Assembly: GCA_045534135.1 (NCBI GenBank)
Contig: JAZSJE010000135.1
Location: 1 to 30,211, forward strand
DNA from: Eubacteriales bacterium
GTDB taxonomy: Bacteria > Bacillota > Clostridia > Oscillospirales > CAG-272
Direction of reading: 5' to 3'
Length of the DNA: 30,211 bases
Shown: in pieces, positions 8,272 through 16,341 of the stretch
Layout of the letters: each line of letters opens with the position of its first letter
Numbering within the stretch: position 1 is the stretch's first letter
The notes under the pieces: model-generated
Database searches by the model: none
What the model was told of the DNA's origin: nothing
The model's input: only the letters and a program-made list of their open reading frames with translations
Made by a program: the position numbers and the translations under genes

Positions 8272-10212
8272 ATGAAGCTTATAGATAACGTAAACACACG
8301 GCAGGGTTCTCGTAATTGCCGAAGATTTTCAAACGGGAACACACTTCCACTCTGTCAGATGCCATTTGGAATGATAGCCTTTGCGCCTCAGACCGACGGC
8401 AGAGATAGCTGGTTCTTTAATCCGGATTTTCCTATATGCGAGGGCTTGCGTCTTACACATCAGCCCAGCCCTTGGATCGGAGATCACGGAACGCTTTTGT
8501 TCTGCCCTCAGGCTGATATTTTATGTGATGAGCCGTCACGCGCCTATTCGGGTTACAGACCGAGCGATGCTGTTTTCGCACCCGATACGATATCGCTTTA
8601 TATGCTCCGCCCGCGCTGTCGATTTTCACTGACAACGTCGGACAGATGCGCTAAGCTCAGATTTGAGTTTGATCTTTCACCGATGAAGAAATACGTATCG
8701 GTCTTCAATATTATCGGTAACTGCGATTTTGAGGCAAGTGACGGATCTGTAAGCGGATATACCGACGGAGCTTGGGATTGTGCCGCAAAGAATTTCAAAA
8801 TGTTTGTGCTGATAAGATCAGAGTTCATAAGGGCAGAGAATGTCATAATAAAGGACGGCTGCCTACATATAGCTCTTGATGAAGATGCTTCTGTCTGTGA
8901 GCTTGATCTGGCTATGTCCTATATAAGTGCCGATCAGGCAGCCTTGAATATGAAGGAGATAGAGAAGGATAGCTTTGAGAGTCTGCGTCAAAAATGCGCG
9001 GAGCGTTGGGAGGAATATCTTTCCCGCGTGACGATAGATACTGACGATGATGACGAGCGAAGGACCTTTTATTCCTGCATGTACCGCACGGGACTGTTTC
9101 CTCATAAGGCCTATGAGATAAATGAGGATGGCGAGGACGTTCATTACAGTCCGTACGTCGAAGGCGCGCGCAAGGGCAGAAGATATGCCGATACGGGCTT
9201 TTGGGACACCTATCGCACACCCTTTCCGCTCTTTAGCATAATTGCCCCCGATCTTTATCGCGACGTTATCGAGGGAGCGCTGAGCGACTGCGAGGAATGC
9301 GGATTTTTACCGCGCTGGGTATCTATTGCGGAGGTTGGCTGTATGCCCTCTACGCTTATAGATTCTGTCCTGGCTCAGGCTGTTACCTGCAAGCTTATTG
9401 ATGACTCTGTCGCAAAAAGAATACTTAAGGCTATGATGCATCATGCCAATGTGCCCTCACCTGATGAGAGATTTGGCAGAAACGCGGTCGATAAATACAA
9501 CGAATACGGCTACGTGCCCTGCGATGCGGCTAAGGAGAGCGTGAACCTCACGCTGGATTTTGCGTACGGTGACTATTGTATCGCGGTTATAGCCAAAGCG
9601 CTTGGCGAGGAGGCTATATACGAAGAATATTGTGCGCGTGCGAGAAGATATGAGAAGCTCTTTGATGCCGAGTGCGGATTTATGAGAGCAAGGCTTGAAT
9701 GCGGAGAATTCAAGAGCGATTTTGATCCTGCGTCATGGGGAGGGGATTATACCGAGGCGGCTGCTTGGCAGACTACATTCTCGGTCCCGCATGACCTTGA
9801 CGGACTTGCGGAGCTTTACGGAGGAAAGGAAAAGCTTATCGCTAAGCTTGACGACTTGTTCGCGAGCGCACCGATATATCGCGTTGGCGGATACGGGCAG
9901 GAGATACACGAGATGACAGAGATGTCAACCGTCGAGCTTGGACAATGCGCTATAAGCAATCAGCCAAGCTTTCTGCTTCCGTTCATTTACGCGTATTTCG
10001 GCGATATGGAAAAGACTAAATACTGGGTAGAAAAGATATGCCGCGAGCATTTTTCATACGGATTTGATGGCTTCCCCGGTGACGAGGATAACGGCACCAC
10101 GGCAGCATGGTACGTATTTGCAAAGCTTGGCATCTATCCCGTATGTCCTGCGGATGACAGGTGGGTGATTTTTGATAAATCTCCTAAGGCAAAAATAAAC
10201 AAAAGAGGATAG
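8272..10212 (+). CDS. GH92 alpha-1,2-mannosidase, no signal peptide
   Basis: LTHQPSPWIGD, GFWDTYR, YTEAAAWQ (catalytic acid), IHEMTEM, SNQPSF and PGDEDNG (catalytic Asp pair). The Trp and His-Glu equivalents of Bt3990 W88/H584/E585 that mark alpha-1,2 specificity are present. Confidence 0.92.
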   Translation: MKLIDNVNTRQGSRNCRRFSNGNTLPLCQMPFGMIAFAPQTDGRDSWFFNPDFPICEGLRLTHQPSPWIGDHGTLLFCPQADILCDEPSRAYSGYRPSDAVFAPDTISLYMLRPRCRFSLTTSDRCAKLRFEFDLSPMKKYVSVFNIIGNCDFEASDGSVSGYTDGAWDCAAKNFKMFVLIRSEFIRAENVIIKDGCLHIALDEDASVCELDLAMSYISADQAALNMKEIEKDSFESLRQKCAERWEEYLSRVTIDTDDDDERRTFYSCMYRTGLFPHKAYEINEDGEDVHYSPYVEGARKGRRYADTGFWDTYRTPFPLFSIIAPDLYRDVIEGALSDCEECGFLPRWVSIAEVGCMPSTLIDSVLAQAVTCKLIDDSVAKRILKAMMHHANVPSPDERFGRNAVDKYNEYGYVPCDAAKESVNLTLDFAYGDYCIAVIAKALGEEAIYEEYCARARRYEKLFDAECGFMRARLECGEFKSDFDPASWGGDYTEAAAWQTTFSVPHDLDGLAELYGGKEKLIAKLDDLFASAPIYRVGGYGQEIHEMTEMSTVELGQCAISNQPSFLLPFIYAYFGDMEKTKYWVEKICREHFSYGFDGFPGDEDNGTTAAWYVFAKLGIYPVCPADDRWVIFDKSPKAKINKRG

Positions 10213-10219
10213 CAAGGAT

Positions 10220-11833
10220 ATGAAAGTAAGAGTTATACAGCCGAGATATTCGTTTGCTCCCAGTGAGGTGAACGACTGTCGTGCCGAGCTGATAGATCAG
10301 CTTAATGCTTGCGATGAAAGCCTGGATTTGATAGTTCTTCCCGAATACAGCGACGTGCCTGCGGATATTCACGGAGCTGACGCTTTCCATGCGGCGATCG
10401 AGGAATTTAATTCTGAGTTGCTCGGTCTTGCTTGCGAAGCTGCCAGAAGATGCGGAGCTCTTACCTTTGTTAACGCGGGTCATCTTACAGAGGGCGGCTG
10501 GAGAAATACCACGCACGTTTTCGGACGTAACGGAGAGGTGCTTGGCAGGTACTACAAGGCGCATCCCGCTCCCAGCGAGGTGAGAGGTGGAGAGAAAGGC
10601 GGATACGGTATGGACGTATCCTACAGCTATTCCTTTGAGGAGCCGTACACCTTGGATATCGAAGGCGTAAGATATGGCTTTATGACCTGCTACGATTTCT
10701 ATTTTTATGAGAATTTCGCATCTCTTGCCAGAAAAAACGTTGACGTAATAATAGGCTGCTCGCTTCAGCGCACGGATACGCATCAGGCGCTGTCTATAAT
10801 CAACAGATTTCTCAGCTATAACACGAATGCCTATCTTATCCGAGCATCGGTATCACTGGGTGAGGACTCAGCGGTGTGCGGTGGAAGCACGGTGATAGCA
10901 CCCGACGGGACTGTGCTTGCGGACATGGAAAGCCGTGTGGGCTGTATTACATGCGAGATAGATCCAAAGAAAAAATACTATAAGGCTGCGGGATATAACG
11001 GAATGCCCAAATCGCATTACGAATACATGGAGGAGGGACGCCGTCCATGGCTTTATCGAAACGGTGGAGCGTCTGTAGTGCCATTTGAGGACGTTATGGG
11101 ATATCCAAGGCTTTGTGCGCACAGAGGCTTCAGCACGGTAGCACCCGAAAACAGCATGCCCGCATTTGGAGCAGCTGTGGCACTCGGTGCCGAGGAGATA
11201 GAATTTGATATATGGGCGACAAAGGACGGAGTGCTGGTGTCCTGTCACGATGATACTCTTGAGCGTGTCAGCAACGGTCAGGGAAAAATATACGAGCATA
11301 CCTACGAGGAGCTTAAGGCGCTTGATTTCGGTGTAAAGCACGGAGAACGCTTCAGGGGGCTTCGGATAGCTACCTTTGAGGATATACTGAAAAAGTTCTC
11401 GGCAAGAGCTATTATGAATATCCACGTTAAGATATGGGACTGCAATTTCCAACAGGATATGCTCAGGGAGATAGTAGCCCTTATCAGAAAATACGATGCT
11501 CAACGACACGTGTATTTCATGACTGTAAATGACAGGATGATAAAGAAGGCAATGGAATACGCACCCGATATTCCGTGCTGTGTCGGCTGGGACGGAAATA
11601 CCGACAAAATGTCTATGGTAGAGCGCGCAACCGCTCTGGGCGCAAAGAAGATACAGCTTTTTAAGCCTTATTTTGATCAGAGCACAGTAGACGAAGCTCA
11701 CAAACGGGGAATACGCTGCAACGTTTTCTGGTCGGATGATCCTAATGAGGCAAGAGAGTACCGCCGCATGGGGATAGATACTATCCTGACTAACGATTAT
11801 CTTTTGATATCAGAGGCGTTGAGGGAGGACTGA
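10220..11833 (+). CDS. Two-domain protein: N-terminal carbon-nitrogen hydrolase (nitrilase/amidase superfamily) fused to C-terminal GDPD
   Basis: N-domain has the intact Glu-Lys-Cys triad (VLPEY, YYKAH, TCYDF). C-domain has AHRG, PENSMPAF, EIEFDIWATKDG, CHD, NIHVK and ILTN. Confidence 0.88.
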   Translation: MKVRVIQPRYSFAPSEVNDCRAELIDQLNACDESLDLIVLPEYSDVPADIHGADAFHAAIEEFNSELLGLACEAARRCGALTFVNAGHLTEGGWRNTTHVFGRNGEVLGRYYKAHPAPSEVRGGEKGGYGMDVSYSYSFEEPYTLDIEGVRYGFMTCYDFYFYENFASLARKNVDVIIGCSLQRTDTHQALSIINRFLSYNTNAYLIRASVSLGEDSAVCGGSTVIAPDGTVLADMESRVGCITCEIDPKKKYYKAAGYNGMPKSHYEYMEEGRRPWLYRNGGASVVPFEDVMGYPRLCAHRGFSTVAPENSMPAFGAAVALGAEEIEFDIWATKDGVLVSCHDDTLERVSNGQGKIYEHTYEELKALDFGVKHGERFRGLRIATFEDILKKFSARAIMNIHVKIWDCNFQQDMLREIVALIRKYDAQRHVYFMTVNDRMIKKAMEYAPDIPCCVGWDGNTDKMSMVERATALGAKKIQLFKPYFDQSTVDEAHKRGIRCNVFWSDDPNEAREYRRMGIDTILTNDYLLISEALRED

Positions 11834-11834
11834 A

Positions 11835-12707
11835 ATGAAAAACATATTTATTGTCGGAAGTATTAATACCGATCTTGTAATAAGCGCTCCATATTTTCCT
11901 AAAAAGGGCGAAACGCTTACAGGAAGTGATTTCTTCAGTGCGCATGGCGGAAAGGGAGCAAATCAGGCGGTTGCCGCAGCGAGAGCGGGCGGTAGCGTCT
12001 TTATGTGCGGATGCGTGGGTAACGATAGCTTTGGAAAGGATGCGATAGACTCCTTGAGGGCTGACGGCATAGATACTCAATTTATCCGTGTGGACGACGG
12101 AGCCCCTACAGGTACGGCTGTGATCGTTGTTACCGACGGTGATAACAGAATAATACTTGACCGCGGGGCTAACGCGCGACTTACGTGCGAGGATATTGAC
12201 AGAGCGTTGACCGATGCGCGTGAGGGAGATATATATCTTACGCAGCTTGAAAACCCGATAGAGGTGATAGGCTACGGATTGAAAAGGGCAAAGGAAAAGG
12301 GTATGTACGTTATTCTCAATCCCGCCCCCGCTGATAAGGATATAGCGCCTTATCTGCGCTACTGTGACCTTTTTACGCCCAACGAGAGTGAAACCGAGCT
12401 GTTTGGCGGAAAGGAAAGGCTTCTTAAGACGCTTGATGCCACACTGCTTATTACACTCGGCTCGCGGGGTTTTGAGATAACCGATAAAAACGGAAGCAGA
12501 CGCTATCCCTGTATAAAGATAAAGCCTGTTGATACTACTGCGGCAGGCGATACGCTTTGCGGCACCTTGGCAACGAAGCTTGCCGAGGGTGAAGCACTTG
12601 ACGAGGCGGCACAGTACGCGTCCCTGACGGCATCTATCGCCTGCACAAGAAAGGGTGCTCAGCCCTCTATACCGACCAGAGCAGAGGTAGAAGCGTATAT
12701 AAAGTGA
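11835..12707 (+). CDS. rbsK: Ribokinase (PfkB family)
   Basis: GSINTDL, GGKGANQAVAAAR, VGNDSFG, QLE, NPAP, PNESE and DTTAAGDT motifs typical of the ribokinase subgroup. Confidence 0.87.
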   Translation: MKNIFIVGSINTDLVISAPYFPKKGETLTGSDFFSAHGGKGANQAVAAARAGGSVFMCGCVGNDSFGKDAIDSLRADGIDTQFIRVDDGAPTGTAVIVVTDGDNRIILDRGANARLTCEDIDRALTDAREGDIYLTQLENPIEVIGYGLKRAKEKGMYVILNPAPADKDIAPYLRYCDLFTPNESETELFGGKERLLKTLDATLLITLGSRGFEITDKNGSRRYPCIKIKPVDTTAAGDTLCGTLATKLAEGEALDEAAQYASLTASIACTRKGAQPSIPTRAEVEAYIK

Positions 12708-12716
12708 TAAAAGCTG

Positions 12717-12745
12717 TTGCAGATACGCGTGTTTTGTGATATAAT
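12717..12745 (+). promoter_or_regulatory. Sigma-A-type promoter with extended -10 for rbfA-nrnA
   Basis: TTGCAG (12717-12722) - 17 nt - TATAAT (12740-12745), preceded by TGn. Confidence 0.75.
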
Positions 12746-12778
12746 ATGTTCAGTTAAATTTATTAGTGAGGAAAAGAT

Positions 12779-13153
12779 ATGGCAAATTACAGACGCGGAA
12801 GAATAAACGATGAGGTGAAGAAGGAGCTTTCACTTATACTCAGAGAGGTCAAGGACCCCAGAATAAGTGATGCCTTTATAAGTGTGACCGCAGTTGAGGT
12901 CAGCGGGGATCTTAAATTCGCAAAGGTTTATTATTCCGCTATGATGGGAGATAAAAAGGAAGTGGCGAAGGGACTTAAGTCCTCAGCGGGCTTTATCCGC
13001 CGCGAGGTAGCGAGAAGGCTCAATCTTCGTATGACTCCTGAATTCAGCTTTTATGAGGACCATTCCATAGAGCACGGAGCGCACATCTCAAAGCTGCTTA
13101 ACGGTATTGAGATAACTCCCGAGGAGGAGGAAAACGGTGACGACACACTTTAA
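12779..13153 (+). CDS. rbfA: 30S ribosome-binding factor A
   Basis: RRGRINDEVKKELS, KDPRI, VTAVEVSGDLKFAKVY, GFIRREVARRLNLRMTPEFSF-x-x-D-x-SIEHG. Confidence 0.97.
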   Translation: MANYRRGRINDEVKKELSLILREVKDPRISDAFISVTAVEVSGDLKFAKVYYSAMMGDKKEVAKGLKSSAGFIRREVARRLNLRMTPEFSFYEDHSIEHGAHISKLLNGIEITPEEEENGDDTL

Positions 13154-14135
13154 AACACTGAGCTTTGACGGGCTATGTCAGAGGCTGTGTGAGAACAAAA
13201 AAACGCTCATCATATATCATATACGCTCGGATGCCGACGCGGTAGGCTCTGCATTCGCGCTAAGAGAGCTGATGAGAATAATGGGCATACCCGCATATTG
13301 CGCTTGCAGTGACGAGATCCCCGAGAGATTGCAGTTTCTTACAGACGGAGTGCAGGGAAGCGTGCTGCTCCATGAGGATATCCAGATAGACTACGAGCGA
13401 GTTGTAAGCGTTGATAGCGCTTCCCCCGCGCAGCTTGGAGAGCTTTTTGGACGCTTACGTCGTGACGTTGATATAATGATAGACCATCATGCCAACGGGA
13501 GCATTTATGCCGACAATTATGTTGATCCCGAGGCGTCGGCAACGGGTGAGATCATTTATGCCGTTGCGAAGCGCCTTTGCGAGATGGGAGAAATAGAGGC
13601 TATCCCGTCGAGAGTAATAAACTGTGTCTATGCGGCAATAAGCTCTGATACGGGAGGATTCCGTTACTCAAATGCTACCCCAAGGACTATGCGCACAGCG
13701 GCTGAGCTTATCGAGGCGGGTGTTGACTCTGCCGAGATCAACAGACTTCTCTTTGATTCAAAATCGCTTAAGCAGATACAGGCGGAGGGTGAGGCTATAA
13801 GAAGACTTCGCATGCACGCTGACGGGCGTATAGCATCTACGCTTTTACCGTATAGTGTAAAGTCGGCTATGGGCTTTGAGGACGAGCACTTGGGTACGCT
13901 TATAGATATTCCTCGCTCGGTTTTCGGTGTGGATATCGCATTTGCGATCCGTCAGGAAAGCGAGGAGGGAAGCTTCAGAGTTTCCATGCGCTCGGCAATT
14001 GATTTTGACGTGGCAAGGATATGTGCTGTGTTCGGCGGCGGTGGACATAAGAGAGCCGCAGGCTGCACGGTCGAGGCAGACAGCATACTTGACGCAGAGG
14101 CAAAAATACTTGAAGAAATCTATAAAAGACTATAA
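13137..14135 (+). CDS. nrnA: DHH/DHHA1 phosphoesterase (bifunctional oligoribonuclease/PAP phosphatase NrnA type)
   Basis: H-x-x-x-DADAVGS, VD, DHH, SDTGGF, SMRS and FGGGGH-x-x-AAG motifs; overlaps the rbfA end. Confidence 0.9.
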   Translation: MTTHFKTLSFDGLCQRLCENKKTLIIYHIRSDADAVGSAFALRELMRIMGIPAYCACSDEIPERLQFLTDGVQGSVLLHEDIQIDYERVVSVDSASPAQLGELFGRLRRDVDIMIDHHANGSIYADNYVDPEASATGEIIYAVAKRLCEMGEIEAIPSRVINCVYAAISSDTGGFRYSNATPRTMRTAAELIEAGVDSAEINRLLFDSKSLKQIQAEGEAIRRLRMHADGRIASTLLPYSVKSAMGFEDEHLGTLIDIPRSVFGVDIAFAIRQESEEGSFRVSMRSAIDFDVARICAVFGGGGHKRAAGCTVEADSILDAEAKILEEIYKRL

Positions 14136-14170
14136 AAAAAGGCACGCAGTGCCTTTTTTTATAGTCTTTT
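14124..14170. terminator. Intrinsic terminator, perfect 22-bp inverted repeat
   Basis: AAAAGACTATAAAAAAAGGCAC (14124-14145) - GCA - GTGCCTTTTTTTATAGTCTTTT (14149-14170); overlaps the nrnA stop codon. Confidence 0.85.
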
Positions 14171-14182
14171 TTTAAAAAAGTG

Positions 14183-14211
14183 TTGACAAACGAAAGTCAA
14201 TGTGATATCAT
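14183..14211 (+). promoter_or_regulatory. Sigma-A-type promoter with extended -10 for the SPFH-RHH pair
   Basis: TTGACA (14183-14188) - 17 nt - TATCAT (14206-14211) with TGn; RBS GGAGG before 14242. Confidence 0.8.
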
Positions 14212-14241
14212 TTTAATATCAAACGATCTTGGAGGTTAATT

Positions 14242-15270
14242 ATGCAAGAAAAAATCATAACTAATAAAAAGCACGGAATGCTGGTGCTCGTATTGACCTT
14301 GCTTTTGCTTTTGTCAGCTGTTCCCATGGTGATAGTCGGCTCCATAATGGCAGAGGATATTGGAAATCCCTTGGGTTGGGTATTCCTTGGAATCGGAATT
14401 GCCATATTTTGTATCGGTTGGCTCCCGCTATGCGGTCTGCGTGTACTTAAGCCGCAGGAGGCACTCGTGCTTACCCTTTTCGGTAAATATATAGGCACGC
14501 TTAAGGGAGAGGGCTTTTACTGTGTAAATCCATTTTGCGGCTCGGTAAATCCCGCGGCAAATACAAAGCTCAATCAAAGCGGTGACGTTACTACCAAGTC
14601 GGGAAATATCTTTTCGAAGGGGAAGGGCACGCAAGGAACGAATATCTCTGACGAGAGCAAGAAGATATCGCTTAAGATCATGACGCTCAACAACAACCGC
14701 CAGAAGATAAACGATTGCCTTGGAAATCCTGTTGAGATAGGAATTGCGGTCATGTGGCGCATAGTAGATACCGCAAAGGCTGTATTTAACGTAGATAATT
14801 ACAAGGAATTTCTTTCGCTTCAGTGTGATAGCGCTCTGCGCAACGTTGTTCGCATATACCCTTACGATGTGGCACCGGGTATTGACACTACGGGCGACGG
14901 AGTTGCCGACGAGGGAAGTCTGCGTGGATCGAGCGAGGTGGTCGCTCAGAGAATACGCGAGGAGATACAGAGCCGTGTCGAGGAAGCGGGAATTGAGATA
15001 ATAGAGGCAAGAATAACCTATCTTGCTTATGCTCCTGAAATTGCTGCTGTGATGCTTCAGCGTCAGCAGGCATCTGCTATTATTGATGCTCGTAAGATGA
15101 TAGTTGACGGAGCTGTGGGAATGGTTGAAATGGCGCTTGCGCGTCTTTCTGAGAATAATACTATAGAGCTTGATGAGGAAAGAAAAGCGGCTATGGTTTC
15201 AAATCTGCTTGTAGTTCTTTGCGGAAACCGTGATGCTCAGCCGATAGTAAACTCGGGAAGCTTGTATTAA
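14242..15270 (+). CDS. SPFH (band 7/prohibitin-like) domain membrane protein
   Basis: Two N-terminal TM helices; FGKYIGTLK-x-x-GF-x-x-VNP, [25 protein letters not shown]-x-[18 protein letters not shown]. Confidence 0.92.
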   Translation: MQEKIITNKKHGMLVLVLTLLLLLSAVPMVIVGSIMAEDIGNPLGWVFLGIGIAIFCIGWLPLCGLRVLKPQEALVLTLFGKYIGTLKGEGFYCVNPFCGSVNPAANTKLNQSGDVTTKSGNIFSKGKGTQGTNISDESKKISLKIMTLNNNRQKINDCLGNPVEIGIAVMWRIVDTAKAVFNVDNYKEFLSLQCDSALRNVVRIYPYDVAPGIDTTGDGVADEGSLRGSSEVVAQRIREEIQSRVEEAGIEIIEARITYLAYAPEIAAVMLQRQQASAIIDARKMIVDGAVGMVEMALARLSENNTIELDEERKAAMVSNLLVVLCGNRDAQPIVNSGSLY

Positions 15271-15280
15271 GGTGGTGCGT

Positions 15281-15484
15281 ATGAACGATTTTCCTAAAAA
15301 ACAGATACCGTTAAGACTTTCGCCTAAGCTTTACGACGCAATAGCGGCATGGGCAGACGATGATTTCCGTTCGGTGAATGGGCAGATAGAATATCTGCTC
15401 AGTGAGTGCGTGAGGCAGAGAAAAAAGAACGGCAAGTACGTATCTGACGAGATAGACGTGCCGCCCGAATTGGATATATCCTAA
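15281..15484 (+). CDS. Arc-like ribbon-helix-helix DNA-binding protein
   Basis: [35 protein letters not shown], a beta-strand then RS-x-N-x-Q-I helix pattern. Start moved to ATG 15281 (RBS AAGGTGG). Confidence 0.82.
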   Translation: MNDFPKKQIPLRLSPKLYDAIAAWADDDFRSVNGQIEYLLSECVRQRKKNGKYVSDEIDVPPELDIS

Positions 15485-15487
15485 AAC

Positions 15488-15519
15488 AAAAAAGAGGTTC
15501 GATATAGAACCTCTTTTTT
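15488..15519. terminator. Bidirectional intrinsic terminator between convergent genes
   Basis: AAAAAAGAGGTTC - GATATA - GAACCTCTTTTTT. Confidence 0.88.
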
Positions 15520-15522
15520 ATT

Positions 15523-16206
15523 TTAATTTGCGAACGGAATATCAAAGTTTATATCCGAAACGTCAACAAATCTTGCCGATCTTATAACCACGTCAATACC
15601 GGGTCTGTCATTTCTGTCAACGGTTACTCCGGCTATTTCATCAACCGTGTCCATGCCGTAAACAACGTATCCGAACGCGGCATACAGACCGTCAAGAGAA
15701 GGATATGTCTGGTGAACTATAAAGAACTGTGAGGATGCCGAGTCCATACTAATATCTGTACGCGCCATGGAAACTACGCCACGGATATGCGAAAGATTAT
15801 TGGTAAAGCCGTTGGCATTAAATTCTCCCTTTATAGTATCCTTGGATCCGCCAAAGCCCGTGCCGTCGGGATCGCCGCCCTGGATCATAAAGCCTTCAAT
15901 TACGCGGTGGAAGATTATTCCGTCGTAGAATTTATCTGAAACGAGCTTTTTAAAATTCTCTACGGTCTTGGGTGCTACATTGGGGAAAAGGCGGATGAGG
16001 ATAGAGCCCTTGCCCGAAACCTCAATAAGCACGTAATTTGTGGGATCGTCGCTTATCTTCAGATCTTCAATCGAGGAGGTCGATGAAAGGTTAATGTCGT
16101 CCATGCCGGGCGCAAGATGAGTATCGGTGTCGGTCTCTGAATCGCAGGATACGAAGCAGAGAAGCATTGCACATACAAGTATTATTGCACAAATGATCTT
16201 TTTCAC
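15523..16206 (-). CDS. Cyclophilin-type peptidyl-prolyl cis-trans isomerase, predicted lipoprotein
   Basis: APKTVENF, FHRVIEGFMIQGGDP, VSMAR, SASSQFFI and LDG-x-YAAFG motifs; signal peptide ending FVSC followed by an acidic linker. Confidence 0.93.
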   Translation of the reverse strand: MKKIICAIILVCAMLLCFVSCDSETDTDTHLAPGMDDINLSSTSSIEDLKISDDPTNYVLIEVSGKGSILIRLFPNVAPKTVENFKKLVSDKFYDGIIFHRVIEGFMIQGGDPDGTGFGGSKDTIKGEFNANGFTNNLSHIRGVVSMARTDISMDSASSQFFIVHQTYPSLDGLYAAFGYVVYGMDTVDEIAGVTVDRNDRPGIDVVIRSARFVDVSDINFDIPFAN

Positions 16207-16247
16207 GGTTATCTCTCTTTCTTTATTTTTATATTATTTACCTAAAT

Positions 16248-16276
16248 AGTTTAGCAGATTTTTTTCATTCTGTCAA
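16248..16276 (-). promoter_or_regulatory. Sigma-A-type promoter for the PPIase gene
   Basis: Minus strand TTGACA (16276-16271) - 17 nt - TAAACT (16253-16248) with TGn. Confidence 0.7.
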
Positions 16277-16291
16277 GCCTTGGATACTAAT

Positions 16292-16321
16292 TTCATAATT
16301 TATGCAAACAAGGGATATACT
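16292..16321 (+). promoter_or_regulatory. Sigma-E-type (mother cell) promoter for ytvI
   Basis: TTCATA (16292-16297) - 16 nt - GATATACT (16314-16321) fits ATA-N16-cATAnnnT; ytvI is sigma-E-controlled in B. subtilis. Confidence 0.55.
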
Positions 16322-16341
16322 TAAAGCAAGAGGTGATGAAA

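Noticed and set aside
10868-11701. 277-aa antisense ORF inside the amidase-GDPD gene, and similar long antisense ORFs at 19257-19880, 24259-25095, 26749-27522 and 29124-30056
   Set aside because: They lie fully opposite motif-bearing genes, have atypical composition and lack translation signals.
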